A stretch of DNA of 64,000 nucleotides from Blastocatellia bacterium (GTDB lineage Bacteria; Acidobacteriota; Blastocatellia; HR10): contig JANWYV010000009.1 of the NCBI GenBank assembly GCA_025055075.1, forward strand, positions 21,876 to 85,875, read 5' to 3'. A model generated the notes under the pieces. The model was not told the DNA's origin, did no database searches, and saw nothing but the letters and a program-made list of their open reading frames with translations. This document shows, in pieces, positions 24,869 to 35,349 of the stretch (the first letter of the stretch is position 1; each line of letters opens with the position of its first letter). A program made the translations under genes and the position numbers.

Positions 24869-26191
24869 CTAGCGGCCAAGGTAGACGATGACTCGACCGG
24901 CTCCTCGTAAACCCCCGGGCTCTCCAACAGCTAGATCCGGTTTTCCATCCCGGTTCAGATCCCCGATAGCTATGGCCGTTCCGAACTCACCATTAACCTC
25001 CGGACTCGGCGGATCGAGGATCAGATTGGCATTCGGGCCGATAGTGCTTCCCCCTTGGAAGACGTACACCCGTCCGGCCTCTTGACGATTGCCCACCACT
25101 GCTCCGATGGCGCCGACAGCCAGGTCAGCGATACGATCGCCATTCAGATCACCGGTGGCCACGGCATACCCGAACCGAGAATCGAGTTGTGGAGCGGGGG
25201 CCTCTAAAATGAGATTGGGGTCATTACTCATCGCGGGTCCACCAAAATAGATGTAAACTCGTGGCGGTTGGGATTGGATCGAATCTCCGACGACGATGTC
25301 CGCATAGCCATCACCGTTGAGATCGGCCACAGCAAGCGATGATGCGAATGTGGGATCAATCAGCGGGCCGGCCGGAGGACGAGGATTGAGGAGCGTCAGA
25401 TTGGGCCGACCACTCATGGACTTCCCTCCAAAGAAGACATAAATGGCGCCATTTCCGTTCGTCCCCCCCAGCGGTGCGCCCACGACGACGTCAGCGAATC
25501 CATCTTTATTGATATCTCCGGCTGCGACAGCTAAGCCGAATTGCTCTCCGAGAGTTCCCCGTAGGGTCGTACGCCGAGACCCGATCGTGCTCCCCCCATA
25601 GAGAATGACCACGGCGTCCAGCAACCAAGCTCCAGCGATCAGATCGCTCGCTTGATCACCGTCCACATTGCCACTGGCCAGGGAATCTCCGAAGAACCCA
25701 CCGATTAGGGTATCGGGATCCGGGGGGAGCGGGCTCCGTATGGTCACCGGACTGATCCCGAAATTCGATGCTCCACGATAGATGAAGACTCTCCCATCGA
25801 AGGAAGAATCCTCGCTATTGCTGGCCTCGGGAGCGCCGATAGCCAGATCGGTTCGATTATCCCGATTCCAATCGCCGGAGGCGAGGGCACTTCCGAAAGC
25901 AATTCCCGCCTCACGCGTGGAGAGCGTCCGATCGGGCGTCTGTCGAAGCGTCGGACGCCCGTAGAAGACGAAGACGCGCTCGCGGCGATTGGAGACGGCG
26001 AGATCCAAGATACCGTCGCCGTTGAAATCTCCAATAGCTAGAGCCGAGCCAAAGAACGTATCGACCGTCGGCCGCGATTCGGTCAAAATGAGAGGCGATT
26101 GTTGGAAAGATTGGGGGACGACGGGGCTCCCTATCAAAAAGAGCCAAAGCATGAGATGCGAAAGGCGACGTGGGACTCTCCCTGTCATCAT
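24869..26191 (-). CDS. Secreted FG-GAP/integrin-alpha-like repeat protein (beta-propeller)
   Basis: Signal peptide, then about seven repeats of the FG-GAP type (FGSALAIGDFNGDGILDLAV, FGSALASGDWNRDNRTDLAIGAP, FGLAVAAGDINKDGFADVVVGAP, FGYAVATGDLNGDRIADLAVGA, FGTAIAIGDLNRDGKPDLAVGEP). Confidence 0.8.
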   Translation of the reverse strand: MMTGRVPRRLSHLMLWLFLIGSPVVPQSFQQSPLILTESRPTVDTFFGSALAIGDFNGDGILDLAVSNRRERVFVFYGRPTLRQTPDRTLSTREAGIAFGSALASGDWNRDNRTDLAIGAPEASNSEDSSFDGRVFIYRGASNFGISPVTIRSPLPPDPDTLIGGFFGDSLASGNVDGDQASDLIAGAWLLDAVVILYGGSTIGSRRTTLRGTLGEQFGLAVAAGDINKDGFADVVVGAPLGGTNGNGAIYVFFGGKSMSGRPNLTLLNPRPPAGPLIDPTFASSLAVADLNGDGYADIVVGDSIQSQPPRVYIYFGGPAMSNDPNLILEAPAPQLDSRFGYAVATGDLNGDRIADLAVGAIGAVVGNRQEAGRVYVFQGGSTIGPNANLILDPPSPEVNGEFGTAIAIGDLNRDGKPDLAVGEPGGLRGAGRVIVYLGR

Positions 26192-26467
26192 GGCTCACTC
26201 CTCATCAGGCCATATATCCGATCCATAGATCCGATGCCCAGGCTCTCGCCACTCTCCACATGCCTCCAGTGAGCGTCCGACGGGTCATTGAAGCCTCCAG
26301 CCACTTTCCCAAGGACATCCTCTGGAGACTCTACGATTTCGCATGCGCCTTTTTTAGCTCATCTTCCGAGCCATGGCAAGGGGAGAAATCCTTCACGAAC
26401 GAGCGCCTCTCATATCACTGGCACTTTCCCGCGACATGTGGTGCACTAATCCTCGGAGGGAGCCGCT

Positions 26468-27886
26468 ATGGAGAGAATCGAACGGGACAGTCTCGGAGAG
26501 CGAGCCATTCCGGCCGACGTCTACTATGGCATTCAGACGGTGCGGGCGCTGGAGAATTATCCGATCAGTGGCTGGCGTCCATTTCCCGAGATGATTCGGG
26601 CGATGGTCCGGATCAAAAAGTGTGCGGCTCGGGTCAATGCGGAGCTGGGGCTTGTGGAGGAACCCATCGCGCGCGCGATCATCATGGCGGCCGATGAAGT
26701 GCTGGCCGGGCGGTTCGATGATCAATTCGTTGTGGACGTTTTCAATTCCGGCGCTGGGGTGTCCTTTCACATGAACGTGAACGAGGTGTTGGCGAATCGG
26801 GCCAACGAGATCCTCGGCGGACGTCGAGGGGAGTATTCGTTCGTGCATCCGAACGACCATGTGAATCGGGGGCAGTCCACGAACGATGTCATGCCGACGG
26901 CAATGCGTCTGGCGGCGCTGGAGGTCGCGCGTCCTTTGCTCGAGCATCTGGAGGAATTGGCTCGCGCGTTCCGTGGCAAAGGGGAGGAATTCCGTGACGT
27001 CGTGAAAGCTGGACGCACGCATCTTCAGGATGCTGTTCCGGTTCGTTTGGGACGAGAGTTTCATGCCTATGGGCGCATTGTCGAGGAGCACGCTCGGCGC
27101 CTGCGACAGGCTCTCGAAGAATTGCGCGTGCTGGGCATCGGGGGCACGGCCGTCGGGACGGGGTTGAACGCGCATCCGGCCTTCCGCTTCCGCGTCATCG
27201 AGGAGTTGAAGCGAGAGACGGGAGAGGAGCTGAGTCCTGCCGAGGATTTGATGGCGGCGATGCAAAGTATGGCGCCCTTTGTCGCTGTCTCCGGGGCGAT
27301 GCGAGGGTTGGCGCTGGATATGATCAAGATCTGCGACGATCTGCGGCTGATGGCCTCGGGGCCGATCGCGGGATTGGCGGAGATCGAGCTACCGGCGCTT
27401 CAGCCGGGCTCCTCGATCATGCCGGGCAAGGTCAATCCCGTCATGCCCGAGATGATGACGATGGTGTGCTTTCAAGTCATTGGGAACGATACGACCATCG
27501 CGCTGGCGGCCGCTCACGGGGAGTTCGAGTTGAACGTGATGATGCCGGTGATCGCCTTCGATCTGCTCCTCTCGGCGAAGCTCTTGACCAATGCCGTGCG
27601 CGTTTTTACCCAGAAAGCCGTCGTGGGGATTCGCGCTCATGCGGAACGCTGCCGGTATTATGCCGAGGGCAGTCCTGCTTTGGTGACGGCGCTCGCCCCA
27701 CGTCTCGGCTACGAACGCGCTGCTCGCGTGGCGCGCGAGCTGCTCTCGACGCGTAAGACCATTCGGGAGATCGTTCGAGAATGGGGATGGATGAGCGAGG
27801 AGGAACTCCGTCGCGCGCTCGATGTCGAAGCGATGGCCGAGGGGGGACCCGTGGGGGCGGAATCCGAGCCTTCGTCGGGAGCATGA
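26468..27886 (+). CDS. aspA: Aspartate ammonia-lyase (class II fumarase/aspartase family)
   Basis: Signature GSSIMPGKVNPVMPE. NPV(V/M)PE is the aspartase variant rather than the NPTQ variant of fumarase. N-terminus MERIERDSLGERAIPADVYYGIQT. Confidence 0.8.
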   Translation: MERIERDSLGERAIPADVYYGIQTVRALENYPISGWRPFPEMIRAMVRIKKCAARVNAELGLVEEPIARAIIMAADEVLAGRFDDQFVVDVFNSGAGVSFHMNVNEVLANRANEILGGRRGEYSFVHPNDHVNRGQSTNDVMPTAMRLAALEVARPLLEHLEELARAFRGKGEEFRDVVKAGRTHLQDAVPVRLGREFHAYGRIVEEHARRLRQALEELRVLGIGGTAVGTGLNAHPAFRFRVIEELKRETGEELSPAEDLMAAMQSMAPFVAVSGAMRGLALDMIKICDDLRLMASGPIAGLAEIELPALQPGSSIMPGKVNPVMPEMMTMVCFQVIGNDTTIALAAAHGEFELNVMMPVIAFDLLLSAKLLTNAVRVFTQKAVVGIRAHAERCRYYAEGSPALVTALAPRLGYERAARVARELLSTRKTIREIVREWGWMSEEELRRALDVEAMAEGGPVGAESEPSSGA

Positions 27887-27889
27887 CCG

Positions 27890-29428
27890 CTATCGTTCCG
27901 GCCGCATGTGGGGGAAGAGGATGACGTCGCGGATCGAGCGTTGATTGGTCAGGAGCATGACGAGCCGATCAATACCGATCCCTTCGCCCGCCGTTGGGGG
28001 CATGCCGTAGCCCAAAGCGCGAATGAAGTCTTCATCCATGACCATGGCCTCCTCATCCCCGCGCTCGCGCAGGCGCATCTGTTGCTCGAAGCGCCGATAT
28101 TGCTCTGCCGGATCGTTCAACTCGCAGAAGGCATTGGCGATCTCCAGGCCACCAATGTACAACTCGAAGCGGTGCACGATGGCCGGATTCTCTTCGCTCT
28201 GCTTCGCCAGTGGACTCAGCTCCGTCGGATAGCCCACGATGAACGTGGGCTGAATGAGCTTCTCCTCGGCGATATATTCGAAGAGCTTCCCGAGCATCTG
28301 CGCATGATTCCATCGCGGGTCGCAACGTCCGCCGACGGCGTGCAGTAACTCCGGTAAGCGCTCGGGCGCGTCTAAATCCTGGGGCGTCGGCGCCGGCACC
28401 GTTTCGGGCCAATATTGCAGGATCGCGTCTTTGATCGTCAGGCGACGCCAGGGGCGCGTGAGGTCTATGCGATGTCCGGCGTATTCAATGATGAGCGAGC
28501 CGCAAACGGTGCGCGCCAAATGCGTGAGCAGCTCTTCGGTCAGCTCCATGAGGTCTTCGTAATCACTGTAGGCCTCATAGAATTCGAGCATCGTGAATTC
28601 CGGATTGTGCTTAGTGGAGAGGCCCTCGTTCCGGAAATTCCGATTCAGCTCGTACACCTTCTCGAATCCTCCAACGATCAACCGCTTCAGATACAGCTCC
28701 GGAGCGATGCGCGCGTAGAGATCCATATCGAGCGCATTGTGGTGCGTAATGAAAGGACGAGCGGCCGCTCCCGTCGCCAATGGCGTGAGCATCGGCGTCT
28801 CCACCTCGATGTATCCCCGTTCGTCGAAGAAGCGCCGAATCTCCTTGATGATCTGCGCGCGCCGCACGAAGACCTCGCGCGAAGCACGGTTCGCGATCAG
28901 GTCGAGATACCGTTGCCGATATCGCGTCTCGATGTCCTGAAGGCCGTGCCATTTCTCCGGCAGCGGAAGGAAGGCTTTCGCCAGGAAATGGAGCCGTTGG
29001 ACGTGGACGGTCAGTTCTCCCGTGCGCGTCACAAATAGGTATCCTTCGGCGCCGATGATATCGCCCAAATCGAGATGGTTGTACAACTGCCACTCCCGCT
29101 CGCTCACCTCATTGCTTCGAATGTAGATCTGGAGCCGCTGGTCACCATCGGAGAGATGCGCGAAGGCCGCGCGTCCCATCAAGCGCGTCGTCATCATCCG
29201 ACCGGCGATGCGCACGGCGATCTGTCGCAGCTCAGCATTCACTCGCTCCAACTCCTCAGGCGGCTTCGCTCCCGCGTAGTGACCGTAAGTCCGGACGATC
29301 TCGGTGATCGTATGCGTGCGCTCGAATTTGTGGGGATACGGATCGAACCCGAGCGCACAAATCACCTCGAAGTTCTTCCGCCGTTGCACGATCAGCTCAT
29401 TCTCTTCGCCGAAAATTCCCCGACGCAT
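27890..29428 (-). CDS. lysS: Lysine--tRNA ligase (class II)
   Basis: OB-fold N-domain plus class II motifs (FRNEG, ...[15 protein letters not shown]..., [11 protein letters not shown]). ATG 29428 has an AAGGAGG RBS. The track start 29455 is also possible. Confidence 0.9.
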   Translation of the reverse strand: MRRGIFGEENELIVQRRKNFEVICALGFDPYPHKFERTHTITEIVRTYGHYAGAKPPEELERVNAELRQIAVRIAGRMMTTRLMGRAAFAHLSDGDQRLQIYIRSNEVSEREWQLYNHLDLGDIIGAEGYLFVTRTGELTVHVQRLHFLAKAFLPLPEKWHGLQDIETRYRQRYLDLIANRASREVFVRRAQIIKEIRRFFDERGYIEVETPMLTPLATGAAARPFITHHNALDMDLYARIAPELYLKRLIVGGFEKVYELNRNFRNEGLSTKHNPEFTMLEFYEAYSDYEDLMELTEELLTHLARTVCGSLIIEYAGHRIDLTRPWRRLTIKDAILQYWPETVPAPTPQDLDAPERLPELLHAVGGRCDPRWNHAQMLGKLFEYIAEEKLIQPTFIVGYPTELSPLAKQSEENPAIVHRFELYIGGLEIANAFCELNDPAEQYRRFEQQMRLRERGDEEAMVMDEDFIRALGYGMPPTAGEGIGIDRLVMLLTNQRSIRDVILFPHMRPER

Positions 29429-29520
29429 TCGGTTGATGCCTCCTTTGGTTTTCATCCTCCTGGGCAGCGAGAGGGATGATGCTAGTCAGGGGGGGTGAAC
29501 TGGTCAAGGACGCCTGCATG

Positions 29521-29769
29521 TTATTCTCGTTCGATCCACAGGTTCAGCGGGCGCCCCAGCAAGGCATATTTCTCGCGTAGGCAGCGCACCCGCTCAGCGT
29601 ATTCCCCCTTGGGAAACTCTCCCGCGCGCCGCCGATCGCGCAGCCGTCGCAGCTCGTAGCAGTAGAGATCGTTGAGCTGCTCGCGCACAAGCTCCGGCGG
29701 CGTCCGGTCCGTCGGAAGTAGTCCGAAGCGTTTCAGCTCCTCCATGACTTCCGCCCGATAGCGTCCCAT
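29521..29769 (-). CDS. Hypothetical small protein
   Basis: 82-aa basic ORF with no recognised family. Only ORF-level evidence. Confidence 0.35.
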   Translation of the reverse strand: MGRYRAEVMEELKRFGLLPTDRTPPELVREQLNDLYCYELRRLRDRRRAGEFPKGEYAERVRCLREKYALLGRPLNLWIERE

Positions 29770-29836
29770 CGCCGTCTCCGGTAAGGACTATAGCACGACG
29801 CGCGTCTTGAGAGCGACCCCGCATCTGGGGATGACG

Positions 29837-29865
29837 TTGACCTGCCTCGAGGGCAGTGGTATTTT
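29837..29865 (+). promoter_or_regulatory. Candidate extended -10 promoter for ftsY
   Basis: TTGACC (29837-29842), a 17-bp spacer ending in TGg, then TATTTT (29860-29865). Confidence 0.45.
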
Positions 29866-29899
29866 TGCTCCTTTGGATATCGAGGAAGGGCGACAAGCT

Positions 29900-30925
29900 A
29901 TGGGATTCTGGCGAAGAGAACGAGAGGAGATCACGAGTTTGTTCTCAGGGGGCGTGGAGGCTTCCTCCGAAGGGTCGGACCAAGCGTCGGGATTACTCCA
30001 GCGATTCAAGCGCGCCGTCGCGCGCACCCGCCAGCAGCTGATCGAGCGGTTTCAAGACCTCGCGCAGGGGAAGCGGGCGATTGATCCGGCTGTGCTGGAA
30101 GAATTGGAGGAGACGCTCATCGCCACCGACATGGGGCCGCGCACGGTGATGGAGATCCTCGAGAAGGCGCGGGTCGCCCTCGATCGAGAAGCGTTGCGCG
30201 ACTTGGATGCCTTGAGGGGATTCATCCAGTCGGAGTTGCTCGCCGTTTTGAAGAACACCGTTCGAGGCGAGAGCCCATTCCCTGAAGAGCGTCTGCGACG
30301 CTCGGATGTGCGTCCGTATGTGATCCTGGTCGTCGGCGTCAATGGGACGGGGAAGACGACGACCATCGGCAAGCTCGCGTATCGGTTGAAGCGTCAGGGG
30401 TTCGGCGTGTTGCTCTGCGGCGCCGATACATTTCGTGCGGCGGCGACGGATCAACTGGAGATTTGGGCCGAACGTGCGGGCGTCCCGATGATCGGGCAAC
30501 AACCGGGGGCTGATCCGGCCGCTGTGCTCTTCGATGCGCTGCGCTCGGCCAAGGCTCGTCAAACGGATGTGGTGATCGCGGATACGGCCGGACGCTTGCA
30601 CACGAAGGTCAATCTCATGCAAGAGCTTCAAAAGATGTGCCGCGTCGCTGCGCGCGAAGTCGAAGGCGCTCCGCATGATGTTTTGCTCGTGCTGGATGCC
30701 GTGACGGGGCAAAACGGCTTGGAGCAAGCGCGGCGCTTTCTGGAGGCCGTTCGGGTCACGGGGTTGGTCCTGACCAAGCTCGACGGAACGGCCAAGGGGG
30801 GGATTGTCATCGCCATTGCGAAAGAGTTGGGACTACCCATTCACTACGTGGGCGTCGGCGAGGGGATAGAGGACCTCATCGAATTCTCTCCAGAGGCGTA
30901 CGTCCGCAGCCTCTTCGAGGGATGA
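29900..30925 (+). CDS. ftsY: Signal recognition particle receptor FtsY
   Basis: NG domain with GVNGTGKTTT, DTAGRL, TKLDGTAKGG. ATG 29900 (MGFWRRE...) follows GAGGAAGGG. The upstream part of the track ORF is probably leader. Confidence 0.9.
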   Translation: MGFWRREREEITSLFSGGVEASSEGSDQASGLLQRFKRAVARTRQQLIERFQDLAQGKRAIDPAVLEELEETLIATDMGPRTVMEILEKARVALDREALRDLDALRGFIQSELLAVLKNTVRGESPFPEERLRRSDVRPYVILVVGVNGTGKTTTIGKLAYRLKRQGFGVLLCGADTFRAAATDQLEIWAERAGVPMIGQQPGADPAAVLFDALRSAKARQTDVVIADTAGRLHTKVNLMQELQKMCRVAAREVEGAPHDVLLVLDAVTGQNGLEQARRFLEAVRVTGLVLTKLDGTAKGGIVIAIAKELGLPIHYVGVGEGIEDLIEFSPEAYVRSLFEG

Positions 30926-30936
30926 GCGGCGTGAGT

Positions 30937-31644
30937 TCAGAAGAGCCGCCCCGTCATTGGCGTCGGACCTTCACCTCGGCGGAGGCGATTGACGAGCAGA
31001 TGCGCCTGACGCGTCGGCTCCGGTTGGCGATGTCCGGCAACGCAGCGTAAGACCAGCCGAATTGCGCTCTCCAGATCTACCTTGTGGCCGGGCGAGACGA
31101 ACATCGGACTCGTGTTGTCTTTCGTCCGCAGGGCGACGCCGACGACTTCCCCACGGTCGAGCAAAGGCGAAAAGCTGCCGGCCTCTGGAGCTGGTTCTTG
31201 ATAGGTGCCGATCAGCAAGCTCTTCGCGCATCCGACGGCCGGTAGATCGAGCAACAACCCCAAATGGCAAGCCAGACCCATGCGCCGTGGGTGCGCTAGC
31301 CCTTGACCGTCCAGCAGCAGCGCGTCCGGCCATCGCGTCAGCTTCTCGAACGCTCGCAGCACGGCCGGCGCTTCTCGAAACGAGAGCAGGCCCGGAATGT
31401 AGGGGAATCGTGTCACTGTCGTCACTGCTGCTTCCTCGACGACCGCCAGATGCGGCAGCTCCAACACGACGACGGCAGCGAAGATCGTATCCGAGCCTTT
31501 GTCGAAGGAGACGTCAGCGCCGGCGACCCATCGCACGCGCTCGAGCGCAAGCGGCGTGAAGCGCAACTGCTCGCGCAGCTGAAGCTGAATCTCCATGGCT
31601 TCACGCGGCGAGACGTCCCACGGGTGCAGGTCCCTGATTCTCAT
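30937..31644 (-). CDS. nfi: Endonuclease V
   Basis: AGADVSF...YIPGLLSFREAP...DGQGLAHPRRMGLACHLG motifs. ATG 31644 overlaps the terC stop by 4 bp. Confidence 0.85.
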   Translation of the reverse strand: MRIRDLHPWDVSPREAMEIQLQLREQLRFTPLALERVRWVAGADVSFDKGSDTIFAAVVVLELPHLAVVEEAAVTTVTRFPYIPGLLSFREAPAVLRAFEKLTRWPDALLLDGQGLAHPRRMGLACHLGLLLDLPAVGCAKSLLIGTYQEPAPEAGSFSPLLDRGEVVGVALRTKDNTSPMFVSPGHKVDLESAIRLVLRCVAGHRQPEPTRQAHLLVNRLRRGEGPTPMTGRLF

Positions 31645-32645
31645 CGCACCGATTTCTCCGGCGAGGAGGTATAGGGCTGAGTCGCTTCCTCGGAGATCGT
31701 CTCCGGCGGATCGGCCGCGACAGCCGGAACGGCCTTCGCCGGCCGCCAAATCGAGAGGAGGACCGAAACGGTCAGGACGGTGGCGACGACGCCCAGCGCG
31801 ATGCCGATGGGAATCTTGTAGAGGTCCGAGATGAGCATCTTCACCCCGACGAAGACGAGGATGATCGAGAGGCCGTAGTGCAAATAGTGGAAGATGCGCA
31901 TGAGCCCGGCCAGCGCGAAATAGAGTGCTCGCAGGCCCAGAATGGCGAAGACGTTCGACGTGTAGACGATGAAGGGATCGTGCGTGATGGCCAGAATCGC
32001 CGGAATCGAGTCCACAGCGAAGACGAGGTCAGTCGTCTCAACGACGATCAGGACGACGAACAGTGGAGTCGCGAACGTCCGTTTCATCCTGCGGATGAAG
32101 AATCGTCCATCCACATAGCGCCGCGTGATCGGGACGAGTCGGCGGGCGAGTCGAAGGACGGGATTCCGCTCCGGATGAATCTCCTTCTCCTTCTCGCGGG
32201 CCATGCGCACACCGGTCACGATGAGGAGAGCGCCGAAGACGTAGATCATCCAGTGGAACTTCTGGATCAGCGTGACCCCTGCGAGGATGAAGAGGAACCG
32301 CATGATTAACGCTCCGAGGATGCCCCAGAAGAGGACCTTGTGCTGATAGAGCGCCGGGACGCGAAAATACGTGAAGATGAGCGCGAAGACGAAGACGTTA
32401 TCCATGCTGAGCGACTTCTCGATGAGATAGCCCGTGAGGAATTCGAGCGCAGAGACTCGACCGAACCAGAAGTAGACGCCGATGTTAAAGAGCACGGCCA
32501 AGACGATCCAGAACGCGCTCCAACCGAGCGCTTCCTTCAACTCGATGACGTGCGCTCGACGGTGGAAGACGCCGAGGTCGAGCGCGAGCATGGCGATCAC
32601 GAAGAGATTGAAGGCGATCCAGAGCCACAGCTCATGTCCCATCAT
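31641..32645 (-). CDS. TerC-family integral membrane protein
   Basis: Multi-TM protein with TerC-type EKSLSMDNVFV and AVDSIPAILAIT motifs. ATG 32645 directly abuts the nadB stop (32642-32644). Confidence 0.85.
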   Translation of the reverse strand: MMGHELWLWIAFNLFVIAMLALDLGVFHRRAHVIELKEALGWSAFWIVLAVLFNIGVYFWFGRVSALEFLTGYLIEKSLSMDNVFVFALIFTYFRVPALYQHKVLFWGILGALIMRFLFILAGVTLIQKFHWMIYVFGALLIVTGVRMAREKEKEIHPERNPVLRLARRLVPITRRYVDGRFFIRRMKRTFATPLFVVLIVVETTDLVFAVDSIPAILAITHDPFIVYTSNVFAILGLRALYFALAGLMRIFHYLHYGLSIILVFVGVKMLISDLYKIPIGIALGVVATVLTVSVLLSIWRPAKAVPAVAADPPETISEEATQPYTSSPEKSVR

Positions 32646-34201
32646 TGCGAGAAGACCTCCGTTCCAATGGGATGAGTGAAGATGCCGCGATCGCGGTGTT
32701 GGATGGAATGGCAGCGCCAATGAGCATCATCCGGAGTAGGGAAATCGGCGCGGAAGTGCGCGCCGCGACTCTCTTCTCGGAAGAGAGCGGCGCGAGCGAC
32801 GAGCCAAGCGACCGTGGCGATATGGCGTGCGGCGAGCGTGGGCGCGGTCATGCGCAATCGCTCCAATTCATTTATGGCCGAGCGTAGCGCGTCACCGTGG
32901 CGGATGAGGCCGACGGCTTCCCACATGAGCGTTCGGATGCGCTCAGCGATCGCCCGATCTATGGCGGCCTCCTCAGGATTCAGCTCCGGCCACGTCAAGG
33001 GAGCCGGTGTCGAAGCAGGTGGAGTCGCCAGCGCGCGACGAGCCGCGCGCGCGCCGAAGACCAGGCCTTCGAGCAGCGAGTTGCTGGCTAAGCGATTGGC
33101 GCCGTGCACGCCCGTGCAGCTCACCTCGCCGGCTGCGAACAAGCCCGCGATCCCCGTCCATCCGTCCAGATCCGTGCGCACGCCACCCATGAAGTAGTGC
33201 GCCGCTGGACTGACGGGGATCCATTCGCGCGTCAGGTCCAGGCCATAGCGTCGGCACGTCTCGTAGATGCGTGGGAACCGCTCGCGCAGGAAATGGGACG
33301 GCAAATGCGTGAGATCGAGATAGACGCACGCGGCTTGCGTCCGCTGTAGCTCGCTCACAATGGCGCGCGCGACGACATCGCGCGGAGCCAACTCAGCCTG
33401 CTCATGGTATCGCGGCATGAAGCGTTCGCCGAAGCGGTTGCGCAAGACGCCGCCTTCGCCCCGCAGGGCTTCGCTCAGGAGAAAGCGCGGTGCTCCCTCC
33501 CAATGCAGTGCCGTCGGATGGAATTGAACGAACTCCATGTCGGCGAGGAGAGCGCCGGCCTCATACGCCATCGCCATCCCTTCACCGGTGACGACATCGG
33601 GGTTGGTCGTTTGCGCGTAGATGTGTCCGGCGCCTCCGGTGGTGAGGATGACCGCATGCGCCCGGACCGTATGGGACGTGCGTGCGCGCGTATCCACATA
33701 CTGTACGCCCACACACGTTCCTTCCTGAATGAGCAAACGTAGGGCGAAAGCATGAGGGAGAATTTCGACGTCCGGCAAATCGTGCAGGCGCTCAAGCAAG
33801 GTCCGCACGATCTCGCGTCCGGTCGCATCTCCTCGCGCGTGAACGATGCGGCGTCGGGAGTGCGCGGCCTCTCTTCCGAATTCCAGCCGATCGCCCGTTC
33901 GGTCGAAGCGACAGCCCCATTCGATCAGCTCCTGCACGTAATGCGGTCCTTCCTCGACGAGCACGCGCACGGCCTCGGGATCGCACAGGCCAGCGCCCGC
34001 GCGCAGCGTGTCCTCGAAATGCAAGGCGATCTCATCGTCGTCGCTCAAGGCGACGGCGACCCCCCCTTGGGCGTACCTCGTGCTCGATTCGGTCAGCTCG
34101 TCTTTGGTGAGAATGAGGACCGATCCCGCTCGCCCTAATTCCACTGCCGCGCGCAGGCCGGCGATCCCACTGCCGATCACGATGAACTCGGTCTCGCGCA
34201 T
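32642..34201 (-). CDS. nadB: L-aspartate oxidase
   Basis: FAD-binding GSGIAGL N-terminus, succinate dehydrogenase/fumarate reductase flavoprotein-like core, RGAHFRADFP near the C-terminus. Confidence 0.9.
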   Translation of the reverse strand: MRETEFIVIGSGIAGLRAAVELGRAGSVLILTKDELTESSTRYAQGGVAVALSDDDEIALHFEDTLRAGAGLCDPEAVRVLVEEGPHYVQELIEWGCRFDRTGDRLEFGREAAHSRRRIVHARGDATGREIVRTLLERLHDLPDVEILPHAFALRLLIQEGTCVGVQYVDTRARTSHTVRAHAVILTTGGAGHIYAQTTNPDVVTGEGMAMAYEAGALLADMEFVQFHPTALHWEGAPRFLLSEALRGEGGVLRNRFGERFMPRYHEQAELAPRDVVARAIVSELQRTQAACVYLDLTHLPSHFLRERFPRIYETCRRYGLDLTREWIPVSPAAHYFMGGVRTDLDGWTGIAGLFAAGEVSCTGVHGANRLASNSLLEGLVFGARAARRALATPPASTPAPLTWPELNPEEAAIDRAIAERIRTLMWEAVGLIRHGDALRSAINELERLRMTAPTLAARHIATVAWLVARAALFREESRGAHFRADFPTPDDAHWRCHSIQHRDRGIFTHPIGTEVFSQ

Positions 34202-34213
34202 GCTTGGGAAGCG

Positions 34214-35281
34214 TCACTCCGCCTTCTTCGCTTTCGCCGAAGGCATCACTTCCGATTCCGGCGTCCGTGCCGCCTCGCGCCGCGGCAAGCCGAGCGCTTG
34301 TCGGATCTCGTTCTCGATGGTGAGCGCCAGATCGGGATTCGACTTCAGAAAGAGGCGTGCGTTCTCCCGACCCTGGCCGAGGCGTTCACCTTTGTAGGAA
34401 TACCACGCGCCGCTCTTCTCGATGATGCGATGCTCTACGCCCAGATCCAGGATCTCTCCCTCGCGCGAGATGCCTTCGCTGTAGAGCATGTCGAACTCGG
34501 CCTCTTTGAAGGGCGGCGCGACCTTGTTCTTGACGACGCGCACCTTCACGCGATTGCCGATGATCGTCTCGCCATCTTTGAGGGCATTGGTCCGGCGCAT
34601 GTCCAGACGCACGCTCGCGTAGAATTTCAGGGCCTGACCACCGGTCGTCGTCTCCGGCGAGCCGAACATGACGCCGATCTTCTGCCGCATCTGGTTGATG
34701 AAGATGAGCGCTGTGTTGGAGCGGTAAACGGCTCCCGCCAATTTCCGCAGGGCTTGCGACATAAGGCGAGCTTGCAATCCCGGAAGGGCATCCCCCATCT
34801 CGCCCTCTAACTCCGCGCGGGGCACCAGCGCCGCGACCGAATCAATGACGAGCACATCCACGCCGCCGGATCGGACGAGCGCTTCGGCGATCTCCAAGGC
34901 TTGCTCGCCACTGTCGGGTTGAGAGACGAGCAAGTCGTCAATGCGCACGCCGATCTTCTCGGCGTATGCGGCGTCCAGGGCATGTTCAGCATCTATATAC
35001 GCGGCCACGCCCCCGAGCCGCTGGGCTTCGGCAGCCACATGCAAAGCCAGGGTCGTCTTGCCGCTGGCCTCCTGCCCGAAAATCTCCGTGATGCGCCCAC
35101 GCGGGATGCCGCCAACGCCCAGCGCGGCATCCAGACTGAGGCTCGTCGTCGAGATGACTGGAATCTCCTCGACTTTTCGGTCACCGAGCCGCATGATCGC
35201 CCCCTTGCCGAATTGCTTCTCGATCTGGGCGAGGGCGATCTCGATGGCTTTGGCCTTCTTCTCCAATTCGCTCATACCCAT
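34214..35281 (-). CDS. recA: Recombinase RecA
   Basis: [11 protein letters not shown], Walker [32 protein letters not shown]. Start at MGMSELEKK (35281 or 35275) with a GGGAGAG RBS. The track ORF start 35353 overlaps fdhD. Confidence 0.95.
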   Translation of the reverse strand: MGMSELEKKAKAIEIALAQIEKQFGKGAIMRLGDRKVEEIPVISTTSLSLDAALGVGGIPRGRITEIFGQEASGKTTLALHVAAEAQRLGGVAAYIDAEHALDAAYAEKIGVRIDDLLVSQPDSGEQALEIAEALVRSGGVDVLVIDSVAALVPRAELEGEMGDALPGLQARLMSQALRKLAGAVYRSNTALIFINQMRQKIGVMFGSPETTTGGQALKFYASVRLDMRRTNALKDGETIIGNRVKVRVVKNKVAPPFKEAEFDMLYSEGISREGEILDLGVEHRIIEKSGAWYSYKGERLGQGRENARLFLKSNPDLALTIENEIRQALGLPRREAARTPESEVMPSAKAKKAE

Positions 35282-35296
35282 CTCTCCCAGAGGGGT

Positions 35297-35326
35297 TCGC
35301 CCCAGCGGAAGTTTACTTCGGGGCGA
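35297..35326 (-). other. 7-bp-stem hairpin between fdhD and recA
   Basis: On the + strand, TCGCCCC (35297-35303) and GGGGCGA (35320-35326) are separated by 16 nt. There is no T-tract, so the function is unknown (attenuator or processing site?). Confidence 0.3.
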
Positions 35327-35349
35327 GCTGAGAAGTCCAGCACGCATGC

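Noticed and set aside
35282-35349. SOS/LexA box upstream of recA
   Set aside because: I found no CTGT-N8-ACAG, GAAC-N4-GTTC or GTTC-N7-GTTC type palindrome in the 68-bp gap. The only structure is a 7-bp-stem hairpin. The lineage-specific LexA motif is unknown to me.
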